A stretch of 64,000 nt of DNA, taken from the NCBI GenBank assembly GCA_036172245.1, contig JAYWIR010000021.1, positions 992,001 through 1,056,000 on the forward strand, in the 5' to 3' direction. A model generated the notes under the pieces. That model saw only the letters and a list, made by a program, of their open reading frames with translations. It did no database searches and was not told where the DNA came from. Numbering within the stretch: position 1 is the stretch's first letter; each line of letters starts with the position of its first letter. Origin of the DNA: Raillietiella orientalis (Eukaryota). Shown piece after piece: positions 1 to 13,662 of this stretch. The position numbers were made by a program, and so were the translations under genes.

Positions 1-1949
1 AGAAAACACAAAATACAAATCAGCATATATAGGTTCCCAAATGTTGGACGAAACCATAATGATCTTCCTGAATGAATACTAATTATCAAGTTAGACATTC
101 CATAGAATGTGAACTCTGTGATATATTACACATTAGGTATAATGCACCATACACTGTTATGGGAAACCCATCATCCCTCGGTCGCGCGCAGCCATCCAAA
201 AGCACTAAACATAAGGGAACATCATCACTGAATCACCACGCAGTAGGTCACCTTTGCCTCTCTTCGGAACGATGAATATTCATTCATTATAGCAAGAAAG
301 TAGGAGTGCCGAAATGTCAATCATCAATCGTTTAAATTATTTCATGCCTTGGAACATGTCCCAAATCTCTAGACAAAATCGGATTGCAATAGATTCTAGC
401 CAGCCAACTATGAAGAGCACCAGGCAGTAGTTCTAAGAATTGTCTTTTCATGTGTTCAGGGACTTCTAGAGGCATGTACAGAATTGAATTTCTGACTACT
501 CTCTGCCTACTAAGCTCAAAATTCTTATTTAGTCTCTATCTTTGTGTACTGGGAATACAAAGACAGATCTCTATAAAACAATGTAAACCTAAGGAAGAAA
601 TAAGTCATAGGTGCGGATTCTCATTCTTCAGCCACCTTATAACCTCTACTTTGTCGAATCTGTTTGTGAAGTAGGAGCTAGCATGAGGAGTAAAATCGAG
701 TAGGAACTGTCATAATCCTGTTGGTTTATGGATTCCACGATTTCACAACTTTTGTGAAACTTTGCGTTCAAATGTAAGATAAATGAATTTTTTTTTCCAC
801 GAATATTAGCAAAAGTCATCGTAGACACGAGATGCAGTTATTGCTATCATTGCTTTCATTTCAAATAGAGACGCATCATTGTCTGGCTCTTCTCAGAGCC
901 AGACAGTGATGAATTCTAATTTAAAGAGTCCACCTTTCGCTAGTTTTCTCTATTCCAGAATAAGAATAAAATCCACATATTCTGTCACTCCATGCTGATC
1001 TTTTGTCTGTTTATCTTTTTTCGTTTTTTTCGTCATCTTCTTTTGTCCAGTGGTCTCTTTAAGATACAGACACAGCCACATTCCTTATAGACACATCTTC
1101 ATAGATATTCCTTGTTACTTATAGATGAATTCAAGTCAACATTGATGATACACTTGTAGCCTGCTTTCATTGGTTTTCAGGTACCATCCAGCAATTACCC
1201 ACTTTCCGATTTGCATGTCTGTATCACATCTCATCTTGTTTAGAAGTGACCATGTTGTCTTCAGCTTTTTACAAAGTGATGTGAACTTTTTTATTGAACT
1301 GCATGGAGCAGACACGCAACTATCTGTAGAAAACGTGTCAAGTTCCTTTTGATAGTCGAGCTTCAAAAATTTCTTGTTTTGGGAATATTTCTCTCTTCGG
1401 CGGCACCGGTCTTATGTTTTGTATTCCTTTGCTAAATTTATGAGAAAATATTAGTAAGTATGTGTCATGAGAAAATGTTGCGTCTGACGATGTCTCTTCT
1501 CGCAATGAAATGCAGTTGCTGATGCTTATGACAACCAGTTTGATGTCCACGTATTCCACTGATGAATGCTGGAACCCTGAGTTTACAGAATCCGATGATT
1601 CTTCACGTTCCATGTTCTGATTCCATAGCAACGTGGAGCAGGTAGACGGTAGGTGTTCGTGCCACCCAGATATCCACTCGTTTGCAGTCCCGGATATCAA
1701 TCCTCTCGGAGTCGCACCACCCCCACAGATGGACACTCAGTTGCTTTACACGATATTTCCTGGGAACACCTCTACACCATTTTTGCGGTTGGTGAAATTG
1801 GAGGTTTACGGTTGATTCACGGAATCATTTTCGGATCGCACTGATCGGGTAATGTGTTTAATGGGATTACTCTGGATTCTGACAGCAGTTTCCTTCCTTT
1901 CTTTCCTTTCTTTTTGAGTTGCCATAGGTTTCAGTTTCGTTCGCATACC

Positions 1950-3900
1950 TAAAGAGATCAATCATCCCAACACAAATGCCATTGCGGAAGCGACTCTTTA
2001 TCTCATCCTATCTCTCATCTTTTCCTTCGTTGTATTTCCAAACAGCAGCTCGAGGCATTCGCAATCTCTGCTTCCATTTTTATCGATTATACTCAAAAAG
2101 TTGTACCGAAAAATATTGTCAACTCCATACATCACTTCTCTTGATGAAAGTCGCAAGTCACCCATTCGAATAGGTCGCTTATTTTGATTGACCTAGTCAC
2201 TGGGTCAGTGTAAGCGTTTCAGCTCAGTTGTGTGACATCCCACTTTTCGGCTGCGTAGGGGTATTTTCAGGCCTTCCTCAACTGCCGGTTCTTCGGCGCC
2301 ATCTAAATCCTGACAGCAGTTCACTTTCATTCTCAAGACATTTTTTCATGAAATGAGTTGAAGTCGTGGCTCTGGGTTTATTTTCTAAAGACAAGGATGC
2401 TGAGTTTTGGGGTTGCAAGGATTCAACTCATATCCACCGTCTGCCGAGGTCTTCAGAACGCGGACGGCTATGAGGAAGCTCCCCAAAAGGATTTGCGAAA
2501 CCACTCCTGCGTCCGATGGGTTAACAGAATGCGGCTTGTAATTTCGGCTGCAATTGACGCCATTGCGTGAAGCGAATACGAAATGTCTCTGTATTGATCC
2601 CTGCTCTGCTGAAGACCGAAGCTCTGCCCCAGAACCAAGTCCCTTCAAATCATCCTTTTGAATTTCACAGTAAGTGGAAGCAGAAAGAGTGCCATCGGAC
2701 ATCATCTTCTCGAAATGTTTTTCATAGCTGCCCTTTCATGGAAAACGAAATATCCAGTGACAACACCCACCATTTTCAATTCTCGCCTGATTTCTTAGTA
2801 GTCTGGTGTTCCAGAGAGCACGCTGCAAGGAAGGACTTTCAGTGCCTCAAAAATTCTAAAATTTCCATCGCCATCCATTTTGCAGAGTGCCAATGAAGAT
2901 TGCCAAATTCGGAGAGGGAAAATGTCGAAAATGCGTGTCGAGTCTTCCTTCAGTAAGGAGCACGGGTGGTTCGTGTCCGAACGATTCGGTTTCGATCCTC
3001 GAGTGAGGATTTAAACACACCATCTACGGTTCCAGCAGCAGCAATCCCCGTTTGTGCTTGCACTAGTTGCAGACGTGGTCTCGCAATTTTTACCTTGCAC
3101 AGAAATGAGTTGTTTCTGCAGAAACACTTGCAGGAGAAAAATTCAAAACTGGAAAGAAAAAAAATTGAAAATATCCGAAATACCTATCACATTCAAGACG
3201 AGGGACGAATCCAGAAACTGCGTTCGTCTCATTCGGCAAAATTATCTGAAGGAAAGGCAAAAAAATAAACCCATACAAAAATAAGAAGAATCTCAGGCAG
3301 GCACGAGGAAACTTACGAAAAACATGTTCGTTAGTTTCTTGACAGTAATTAAGAATGATGCTGTATCTGCTGTCCCCATCTTTTCCCCTGGAACTTGAGA
3401 TGTGCGTGTTTTCCAGTGATGGCAGTGATGAAACTGCTGCTCCAGATGCTGGACATTGCACCTTCCTCGAATGCGGCTCCGCACAACAGGCATTGCAGCT
3501 GAGTGCGGGGATGAACGCCTGGAGCTGCTGGTAAGGCAGAACAAGAACAACGGTGATTCAGAGCATCAGTGACGTCGGAGCAGATAAAAGTTCCCACGTT
3601 CGCAAGGAAAGGATTCTTCAGGCTCCTGAAGCAAATAAAACTTTCCCAAACGTTCCGATAAGGAGTCTGTGAGTCCGAAAGAATAGAAACAGCACGTATG
3701 ATAGGAGGCGAGATAGGGTGACATGTTTCCTTATTTGCTCGCTGATGGCTCTGCCACTGGGATACCATTAAGACTTCTTGCAACTTGGTCTACAAGAACG
3801 GGGAAACTTCAAACAGCAGCTGGTCTTTAATATTGCGACGGTTTAATTCACTGGAAGTGAACGTAGCGCGATTCCCACATTAAGATTGCAACTATTTGGG
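1950..3900 (+). mobile_element. Very old RLE-type non-LTR retrotransposon relic (RT to CCHC region)
   Basis: Motif remnants in the expected order: SCTEKYCQL (GCxEN-like), LILIDLVTGSV at 2178-2210 (LDLxxAFGSV-like), RQGC near 2390, and frameshifted C-x2-C-GDERLE near 3495. Boundaries approximate. Confidence 0.45.
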
Positions 3901-4149
3901 AGGACATCCAGTCAAACCATGTAGATTTCAAGGACACGAGACGGTGAACTTATATCAAAACGACGGGATGCTGGATCTACGCACATCACAGAGGGAACCC
4001 ATCTGTTGTCCAAGTGTGCGATCCATGATGGAGTTTCTCGACCTTACGCATAGTCTTTGCAAAGGACATTCAATTCAATTTTTCTTTTCAATAAGTTAAA
4101 GGAACGATTTCCCAGTGGAAGGGTGCCGCACCTTTCTTAGAAAAGGGGA

Positions 4150-6700
4150 AAGAGATTCATTGGTTTACGTTAGTTTTCCGTCCTCGAAATTTTCGTTTTC
4201 TCGGCAGACAGAATCCTGGTTTGAGTGCACAAACGTGCACCATCGTAGGATCCTGTGGTTTGTTAGTTTGAGATCATGATGGGATTCTCATCGACGTGTC
4301 CACTGCATCACTAGCCGAACGCAGGGCGCCGAGATACTCCTGAGAGCGCAAGATGCTGGTCACGGATTTCTGACGTGTGTCTCTCGCTTCTTGGATGACA
4401 TTCGAGGCGATTCAGAACTCCAGCATCGAGATGATGATAGAAATTCCCACGCTCGCGTGATAATGAAGGATTCGTTCATTATAGGGTTTCTCGAGCTGCT
4501 TCGATGATTGCAGCAGACAAGTACTCTCGATGCCCTCTCCTTCAGAAGTTACGCCCTCGCACTTCCTCGGCTTTAGCAGCCCGGGATGCTGCTGAAAGAT
4601 GTTTTCGAATGCGTGGTTACATCGGTCACATCGATTTTTCGATCGCCCCATGACACCAGCTTTCCATATTGACTCGTAATATATATAAAGTCAATAAGGA
4701 AGGCAATCCCCGAAATCAACTGCCTCCTGTGCGGTGGCGATTCAGTTTCCATTTTAATCATGCCTTCCCAGTTTTGACTTTTCGAATACGATCCACATGT
4801 CTTCTTCTTCTTTGCTTTCCAGTGCAACGAATTGGGAATTTTAAAATAGGTGAGCGCGACCACGCGTCACAGAGTTCCCTCACGAGGAGTTCGTGGCGAA
4901 GGTCCACGAAATCACTTGCCGTGACGCGAAACCAAATTTGGGCGCGCTTTCCCATAAGTTCACTTCCGCAGAAGTTTCGAGGAAGGCCACAAGAAAAGAA
5001 CAAAAACACCCCAACCTCCCACCCTCGAGTCCTCGAACGAACGTGGTCTCCTCGATCGAGCAGAACCTTAGCCATTTCGACCGTTAAATGTCGGGTCACG
5101 CGGATGTTCAGCTCTTTCATGCTGCTGCTGCTGCGTGTTTTCTGGGGTCTGAGAGGCGCCTCTGTGCAAACCTTCGTTTCTGCACACGAAATTTTCATTT
5201 CATCCTTATCTGCTGCACGCGAGAACTCGGCGCTCCCTCCGGCTCACGAAAGAAACGTCCACCTTCCTCCTTGGGATCGTTTTGTTTTGGCAATTTAAAG
5301 GGACCAGGAGGAGAAATAAGCTTGATTGCTCAAGTTTCCCAGGATATTTCCAGCCACAAATTGCTCGTAAATAAGTATTCCTCGACGAGTAAGCTGTTCC
5401 TCGGAGTCCATGAAATATCAGGCGATGAAGTATTTCATGGAAAAGTGACGTTGGTGAGATTTGGGAAATTCCCCCATTCCGAATCCGACAACCGAGTTTG
5501 AAACAAAAAATGCCCGCAATCGAGAAAATCGTGCAGGCACTCGAAAGATTTGGGGAGGGTGGAGGGGAGGGGAGGAGGAAGATAAAAGGAAAGCCACTCC
5601 GCTCCGAAGTAAATTAACCGATGAAAAAAAGGACTCGAATAGCGAAAGTCAAAAGCAAACTTGAGAATGGGAAAGGACACTGCCAAATCTCCACTGTTCA
5701 AGAGCACCTGTGGTCGGGAACACAATACGCAAAGACGGTACCGATTCGTTTTGCTTGAGCCACAAACTCTGGATGGGAAACAAGGAAGCCAGACCAGTGT
5801 CCAGTCTTCACCATTACGAAGCTTGGTGAGCATGGTCAATAAAGATAACTGCATAATCACACGCATCTGATTTGGAGCACACACGAATGCCCTCCAGACC
5901 AGTGTCCAGACGGCGAAAGGAAAGTCCCAAAGTAATCCAAACGCAAAACGGAAAGCAACTGGGTGGACTGTCGCCATCCTCCATTTACATCGAAGCTGCA
6001 CGGGAAGCAACGAATGTCATCATCCATAAATTCCTTCTTTCGTTCTTTTTCAACACATTGCAAATTCAGCAAAGTCCCTGAAAGCAGTGTCGCGCCTGAC
6101 TACGATTTCGAAGCCGTAATCAGTGCAGAGGCATGCAAGAGAAACAAAGAGATTGGGACCTCCCAACGCCGACACGTGGAGGACACGAGGAGCATCCACG
6201 TTCCCTGGCACGGAAAAGCTGCGACACCAAAGCAAACGAGACGGTCATCTCGAGACCATTCCTCGACGGACACTGAATCAGAGTCCTTTTTCAGGGACCG
6301 ACACGTAACTCGCAATCGAGGATCGCCCGAGGCATTCGCTATTAACGTTCTGCCATCAATGAACACGAGCAAGCTCGTGGGTTCTCCAACTAGTCGGTTC
6401 ATGTCGAAGTACTTATATGGGCATGCTTCCAAATGGCACCTTTCTGGCGGTTGCCGCGGCGCCGGCGGCCCGCAGGCGTTCTGTGAAGGTCGTTGAAGAC
6501 TCGTGCACACCACTGCGTGTCAACACAAAAGCGGAACTGAGGCGGTGGGGGGGCTAAGGGTCGGCCTCAGAGCACTCCCTGCTCCACGTCGTTCTGTAGG
6601 CAGAACGTGTCGAGTTCTGAAGAGATGTAAATCCGTAGTCATGAGAGAACATCGGTTTCGAAACAAATGGAACTTCCAGCAAATAAAACACACTGCAAAC
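4150..6700 (-). mobile_element. Decayed RLE-type non-LTR retrotransposon
   Basis: TLVWLPCFPSRVCGS in ORF 5435..6010 resembles RT motif (L/V)WLDxxxAFGSV. RCDRCNHAFENI..QH in ORF 4412..4651 resembles the CCHC knuckle. Order is consistent on the minus strand. Confidence 0.55.
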
Positions 6701-7510
6701 AATAGGGCACCCGTTTTCCGACTCGTGGGGAAGAAGAAGACTCCATAAAAGATGAGTCAGGCTAGGAGTCTGCATTTACCAAGACTGTTTCTAATTAAAG
6801 CTGCATCTTTGGATCGGAAAAGTTCCCTTATCTAACGTAAACAAAAAAAAAAAAATGGTGTCCAGCATTTCAGATATGTATTCTAATTAGCAGCGACGGT
6901 ATGTTTGGGTTTGAAACCGAATCATGGACTTACCGTTACTTCGTCAGTTATGGCTTCATGAAATTTGGGGGGAAAAAAGGCTATCCAACGCCAAAGTGTG
7001 TGGCTGTGGCAAAGTATTCGAATACAAACAAACGTCGTTCGTTAGGTTAACCCATGTGATGGGAAACTTACACATCACAAAAAGACATTGACCGTTGGTG
7101 TTTCCAAACGGATAGGTTGCATCCATTATGATCAAGGCTTATTCTTGTATGACCTAATAGATAACAAATAAAGCACTATATGCAGTCAGGAATAATTACG
7201 TGGATGTGTCCCGAGCATTCACAGAGTACTTAATTTTCCACTAAGCACCTCAACCTACATGGACAAATGCATTCAAAGTTCAACTAATCCTCTTCTTTTC
7301 CTCTCTAGTGCACAGTTTCGAGAAATATACACAAAAGAGGCCAACTGTTGGATCTATGTGGAGTGATAGTCTGTCTACATACATTTACACAGCAATTTTA
7401 TGTGAAACCTAATATGGTGTAATTGAAATTTGTTTGGACACTCTTAGCAACACACTACCCCAACAGGTTATTACAGGATTATTAGCAAACAGAAGTTCAA
7501 CCATGGACCT

Positions 7511-8741
7511 TCATTTAAATGGAAGACTGGCAGGTGGAGGTTGCCCTTTGAAAGCAGCCACAATATTATGTGCTGACATCATCATCATCTCTTGACGGGT
7601 ACTAGCAACAGCACTGCCAATGTGGGGTAGGATGACTACGAGCATTTACTTGTATTCGTGAGAGCCAACTCACCACAATTGTCCAAGTGCATTAATTCAT
7701 GATCAGGAGGCAAAGGTTCATTGATTACAACATCTAATCCAGCACCACGAATTTTTTTCTCCTTCAAAGCAGCCAGAAGAGCATCCTGATTGATGACCTC
7801 TGCCCAAATGATTTCACGTTACTGGTTGGCCTACCTCCTCGGCTTACATTAATTAGTACTGCTGAAGGCTTCATCAATGAAAATTCTTTATGACTCAACA
7901 AGTTATGCGTGGAAGGCGTTAGGGAACAAGTAACCAGTATGTAGTCTGAAGACGTTAACAATTCTTGTAGAGACACTTGTTTAGCTCCAAACGTCACCCC
8001 TTGACAAAAGTTACATCAGCACATGACCACAAATACTTACTGTCAGGTTTCATAGATTTGCTGCTGTGAAGGAACTGAGAAACTTCAAAACCCTGCAACC
8101 TGGATAATACAGATTGTCCAATGCGACCAAGACCAATTATTCCAACTGTGCTGTCTTTCAGGGAGCCTCCACACATCCACATGGGTGAGCAGCGATTTTT
8201 CCCCCAGTTTCCACTAATCCAAATAAAAAACTCATTTGTTAGCCACCACTGGCTTACTGGCGGATTTCTAAATTTGCTTCCAGCAAACGGCGATTAACCA
8301 TAAACAACAATCCTATGGCTAACTCGGCTACTGCGACGGTGAGAACATCTGGTGTGTATCCTAGCACAATTTTTTTTTGATTTAACAAGTCAACATCAAT
8401 ATGGTCATATCCAACAGACAAGGTGCTAATCACTTTTAACTGATCACCTGTGAAACATCTATAATCAGTAAAGATTCCCTTATCTACTACCAGCTGTTTC
8501 CACTACTTCAGCATCTATATTGTCAGCAGTTGTACACAAAATGCCATCAACACCTTTCACATGTTGCAACAACAGATTTCTTGGCATGACACCTGAGTGC
8601 TCATGGGTGATTACATTACACCTACAGAATGTGTAAGAAAGCATAATTGTAATATTTATCTTACACAGAGCATAACAAATCCAGGCATTCTTGGGAAAAA
8701 TCCGAGCGGGTAACCAATACTTTGTGCGGCGATGACTCCAT
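7511..8741 (-). CDS. GRHPR: Glyoxylate reductase/hydroxypyruvate reductase (D-2-hydroxyacid dehydrogenase family), 328 aa, 7 exons: complement(join(7511..7635,7674..7799,7835..7999,8041..8213,8258..8447,8491..8621,8665..8741))
   Basis: Manual splicing at six GT-AG introns (8622-8664, 8448-8490, 8214-8257, 8000-8040, 7800-7834, 7636-7673) gives an uninterrupted 987-nt frame, MESSPHKVLVTRSD...PASLPFK*. Family motifs: LKVISTLSVGYDHID, GYTPDVLT, Rossmann VGIIGLGRIG, LINVSRGE (Arg), GAGLDV..EPLP (Glu), VILPHIGSA (His). Track ORFs 7764..7997 and 7994..8182 are exon pieces. Confidence 0.95.
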
Positions 8742-9051
8742 TGATTTTGAAAATTTCTGAAGAGGGTACAGTACCGTTATGCTCTGCTTGTCAGAATCGC
8801 GGTATTGAAAATCGCATCCACTTATTCAAAAAGCATACAAATGCTACGTATTACAGCCTTTCACTCGTTTCACTCGGCACTGGGGATCTGCAAAGGGGGG
8901 AAACGGCAAGAGGAAACCTTTCGCAAAAAATCCACAAGGTGCCCTCGGCGGGCGCCCAATCCTCGTAGGGGTCGACTCCACATTTGCTCTCGTCCTGGGA
9001 GGCGTGGGTGGCGGCGACAACAGGAAGGGCCGCCGCCAAGTTCTCTCGCGT

Positions 9052-9073
9052 GCCGCCGCCGCCGCCGCCGCCG
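9052..9073. repeat. (GCC)7 microsatellite
   Basis: Seen directly in sequence. Confidence 0.9.
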
Positions 9074-9274
9074 ACCTGCCCGCTGGCAAGAAGACTTCGA
9101 AGACCTCGCGAAAGGAGGACTCGCTCTCCACGCTCCCCGGGGAACTCGCAGCATCTCGCGTTCGGCAGCAGCCTCCGTGCATCCGCAGCAACGTGCGAAC
9201 GTCTGTGCAGGGCGGGGCGACCACTCGACCAACCGGCCCAAGAAGCAGCACGGCTTTTCTTTCCCTTGCAGAAC

Positions 9275-9295
9275 CACACACACACACACACACAC
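9275..9295. repeat. (CA)10 microsatellite
   Basis: Seen directly in sequence. Confidence 0.9.
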
Positions 9296-12149
9296 TTTGT
9301 CTCGAAATTCGATCCGGGCAATCGGGGACAGTTGTTGGGGTCGCCGCGTTGCATGCTGGAGGACCCTTCCTCCGCACCGCGCACTTTACACCTTTGCTGT
9401 GCACTTGCCAGAGTGGCCTTTTGCTCCAGCACCCCCGTCAGCACAGAATCCGGGGAAAGTTCATCCTCGGAAAATCCAGGCGAGCCACGCTTCCCCGCTG
9501 TTTACAAAGAGGGGGGGGGGAGGGGGACGCGCTTCCTCCCTTCGCCTTGCCTATCGGACTTGATCGCAGGCGGTGCCTTCCCGCTTTCTGACGTGCACCA
9601 AACGCCTGGAATTCCTAAGAAATCAATTCCATTCGAGCATCAGGATCTTTTAGCGAAATCGCCATGGAGATTCGTGAAGGAAGTTCCTCCTCACGGTTCC
9701 CACGGATGTTTTCTCAAGTAATGGCAGGCGCAGCCGTTTACCCAGGGATTTTCGCAAACGTGGCTCAACCAGATTGACTCTTCGAAACACACTCCCCATT
9801 AATCCGCTCCCTCGCGGCTCCCAAGTTCCACCGGCAGAGAAAGCCCCATCGAACCGAGGCACTTGAATCTCAAAAACCTCGGCCCCGAAGGCTTTGTACG
9901 AATGGCGCAACCAGGGATTCCTGTTTTCATCCTGCCCGGTGTGGCAAAGAGTTTGGCGCGCCCGGTTTTCCGCAAGCGAGGCAGAGCTTCGGCCGACAGC
10001 GAAAGGCGCCTCCTCCACGCCTACCGACTCGCATCCCGGTGCCGATCCCCGCATCCGTGAACGACTCGGTGGGATAGTCGCGGCTCCCCTCGAGACCAAG
10101 GGGGATCCCTGCAGCGGCGAATTCCAGGTTTATTGCGTGAGGCGAACGTTGGATGGCGTCGTCCAGCACGTACGGTCCCTCCTCCCCGTGTCGTCGGATG
10201 CTGCGAATCGCAAGTTGGGAACAGAGTGTTCCGAAACCGGGCGAAGCGGGAGGCGCGCCATGGATGCTCATCGGGAACGCCGAAAGGATCCGGGACTCTG
10301 CGTGCGTTCTTTCGTTTTGCGGAGCTGCCATTCCGGAAAGCTGATCACGTAACGGCGGAAGCCATTAAATACCCGGGGGTGCTGCCCAGGTTCCCCTCTC
10401 CTGCGCGTAGAGATGCTCCGGCATTCCAGGAGAGAGATCCCGGCAGTGCTCAGTGCACGGAAGTGCAACGGAACAAGGATCCTTTCCTTTCGGTTTCCCC
10501 TAGCTAATGCTTGCTCCGGGAAAAAAAGCCTCTCCGGGATTCTCGACGGCGCCTAACGTCAGAGGGTCAACATCTGCGGGCATCGATTCACCAATTGAGG
10601 GGATGCATTTCTATGGCTGAATTCGACTGATAATGCGCGCAAAGTTCGACAGCGTCCAAAAACCTCCTGGAGTAACGTGATGATATGTTGCTTCGGGTGT
10701 GATTGCCGGAGGATTCCCGACACTTGGATGCGAGACTCTTGTTTCTACTATCCCTATGCGTCTTCGAACCTACACATTGACGGCAGATGCGCCACACATA
10801 GAGGATTCCACACGCACCCGTTACCAGCAAAGCGTGCTCGAAATCGCTGCCTGCAAGAACAGACAGGGAGTGCTTCCGCAAGTTTCGGCAACTGCCTACC
10901 AATTGCTTCCACATGTGCATCTCGATCCACCGCTCAAGGCCAGCCCGATAATGACGACAGGAAGCTGTTCGGACGGAATGGACCCCTGATCTCGGTCGGG
11001 CTTTTGCCACGTTCTCGTGGCGCGCAGAAGCGTTTCTCGGCTGCTTCCGGAGCCCAGCCCCTAAGAGGGTGCGGCGACGGAGGTGTGGAACTTGGAGCGC
11101 GCTCCATCTGAAATTGCAAGTGTGACAAGCGAGGCGGCACGTGTTGCGAGAAACGCGGGCTTTGGCACGGTTGCTTCCCGATGCCCTGCGTCCAGACAGG
11201 GAACTCCGGATCGCCGTGGTCGATGCTGCTCCGTGCAAACAGAGCTCGCCAAGAAGAAACGGTCGCGGGATGGAGGGGGGTAAACTCGTGCTTATTTCTT
11301 GAACGGCAATCGTTTTCCGCAAGCGGAGAAGGTGATAGGGGAAGGAAGCAATAAGACGGCACGAAGGGAAGCTGGGCAACACCCGAGTTATCCGAGTCGA
11401 GGCGAGCACTCTGCATCTTTGAAATGCGCGGCAGAGGAATTTGCACCGAGGTAACGTCAGAGAGGCTTGGGCAGGGGCGTCGTGCGGCACGAGTCAGGTT
11501 TCGTTTTTTTCCCCTTCTTCTTCTTCAAAAGGCATTTTCTCATCTAGAATTCGAGCGTCTCGATCTATCCGTTGATTGCCCAGTTCTCTTTCTTCGTGTC
11601 GTCTCGTAGTTGCCCACGCACCCGTGCCTTCCGTCTTCGGATGTCATACCGTTGCAACGAATTCCGTCTTGGAATTTTCTCTTCGGCTTTGAATGACGAA
11701 AAAGGTGACATTGCTGCTCCGCAAGTGAGCACAGCACAGTGGGATTACGGTCTGAACGTGTGATGGCGGGCTGAAGAGAAGATGCACGGGAGCAAACAGG
11801 CACATGCAGCAGCAACCTGTATTTCTGCTAGATTTCCATTGTAAATGCTCCCCGTCTTTATCGATTTGCATCTCGTGGTGAAACTCTGGAACATTACTTC
11901 CGCGTGGCAGATGCACAGACTCCGAAGACATGCGTGGGTAAGTCCGCAGTTCCAACGCAGGATCCCATCCTTTCGATTTTTCGCATACATGAATGCTTCC
12001 TCGAGTTCGGCTTCTGAACCGCACTGCTTGAGGGGTTTCCAGGCGTGCTTCAGCTGCACGCCTTGGTCTCCTGGAGTGTTGCGATCCTCTGGCTAGTCTC
12101 ACGGAACGCAGGAAGAGGGAGAAGGGCGGTTCCAGGAGGGCCTGTCTCT

Positions 12150-13631
12150 TCTTGGGATTCCGCGGGCACCTTCCAAATGGAACAAGGTGTTTGGGAGGTT
12201 CCGCTCACCATAGATCAGCCCATCTGCGGCCCGCCAAGCTTTCATGTGCGGCCCGCAAAGCCACGAAGTACTTTTTTTTTAAACTTCTGATAGTAGGGAG
12301 GTGGTTTTTATAGAGGGCGAGGCGTGAGCGGTCGGCACCCACGCTCACAGCGCCTCTCGCGGGTTGTCGTTTCGTCATTCCGAGCGATGACGTTCTTCCG
12401 TACAGTGTCGTTTCTCTCCATTTCAAGTGTTGGTACGCGGGAAGAACACAGTCTGTATGCTCGACTCACCGCAATTCAGAGAGTATTCGTTTACATCCAT
12501 CCATTCTTCAGATTTTTCTGCATAAAATATATGAATGTAAAGAAAAAAAAAATCGTATTGTGTTAAAATTCGTAGGATTAATTGAAACACATTAATGTAT
12601 AGATTTTTTTACGTCATAATGTATGACGTATTTTATAGATGCCCGCGTAATGTTGCGAACTCGTGTATGTGGCCCGAGAAGGAAGGAAGGTTGAGTGTTA
12701 CCGCTTTGGATAAACGAAGAGGCTGCTGTGGCCGACCACCGAGGAGCTATGCACTTCCTCACCATGTCGCACGGTCTCAGATGTCTTTGCTTTCGTTTTT
12801 ATTTTATTTTACGAATGGGCCTTATCGGTTTGCCGGGGCTGAGGCAAAAATTCTTCTTGAGCATTCAGGTCCATCCCTTCGATTTCTGCCTTCAGCATTT
12901 CGGAAGCTCCCATATATTCTCACGTAGACGTCAATGTTACAGAAGTGCAACATGCAGTCGGAACCAAAGTCTTTCGTTTGAATGCAGTTGTCTTTTTCCC
13001 GGGTCTTAACATGGGAAGCTTATCTTTGGGGGATGTTACTTAATCCTGGCTTCCTTTTTCTTGCTTCCTCACTAGAAGATTCCGTGCAGATTCTCGTTTT
13101 AGCTCCAACTCGTGATCGACACGTCCAGGAGTCTTGAATCTCTGTTTCATGGTGCTCACCTTCACCGAGGTGTTTTTTTCCACCCGTCCGGTCAACTGTA
13201 AAATAATTACGGCTTATTCACCGGCGAGGCTCTCGCAACCATTCTCACAAATGACTACTTGTAGGAGTAGTTATGAGGGGAAGGCCAGATAGACGTCAGA
13301 CACGCGTCATTTCTGGTTGTATTTTCGAGATCAGTTGTATTTAAGCTTATTAGGCGTAGGAATGTATGCAGTGGGCTCTTTGGCGACGTTTGATCCCTTG
13401 AGGATGGTCACAGGATGCATGTGGTGGAGATAGTATTAACTGGCGCCCCTGTAACAAGTTAAGGTGCTTTTTGGTCAAACGCTCATGCATCTTTAACTGG
13501 CAACCTAACTCGCCGCAGGGGATGCCAAAGATATGTTTGTTGTTTTTCCTGTGGAGGCGGAAGGTGATGGAACTTGAAATCATTGCGACCGCCAGCATCT
13601 GGTTAGCAGCCTCGACGCACCAGTCTTCCGC

Positions 13632-13662
<31 letters not shown>

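Larger units (their letters stand above)
8900..11700 (+). mobile_element. Decayed RLE-type non-LTR retrotransposon (RT, thumb, CCHC/RLE remnants)
   Basis: In order: GIPKKS...PWRF (IPK..WRPI), VFILPGVAKSL (IDVxKAF), TKGDPCS (QGDPLS), EAIKYPGV (KYLGV), AGGFPTL (GGLG), then a Cys-rich knuckle-like segment near 11180-11270. Confidence 0.62.

Noticed and set aside
1..1900. Possible small-intron gene (intron-like GTAAG..AG at ~774-810, ~1454-1515 and ~1649-1687)
   Set aside because: I could not assemble a consistent reading frame or a recognisable protein. Left unannotated; RNA-seq would decide.
3840..3849. GGTTTAATT, matching the start of nematode SL1 (NeSL target)
   Set aside because: Only 9 nt match, with no rest of the leader or splice donor.
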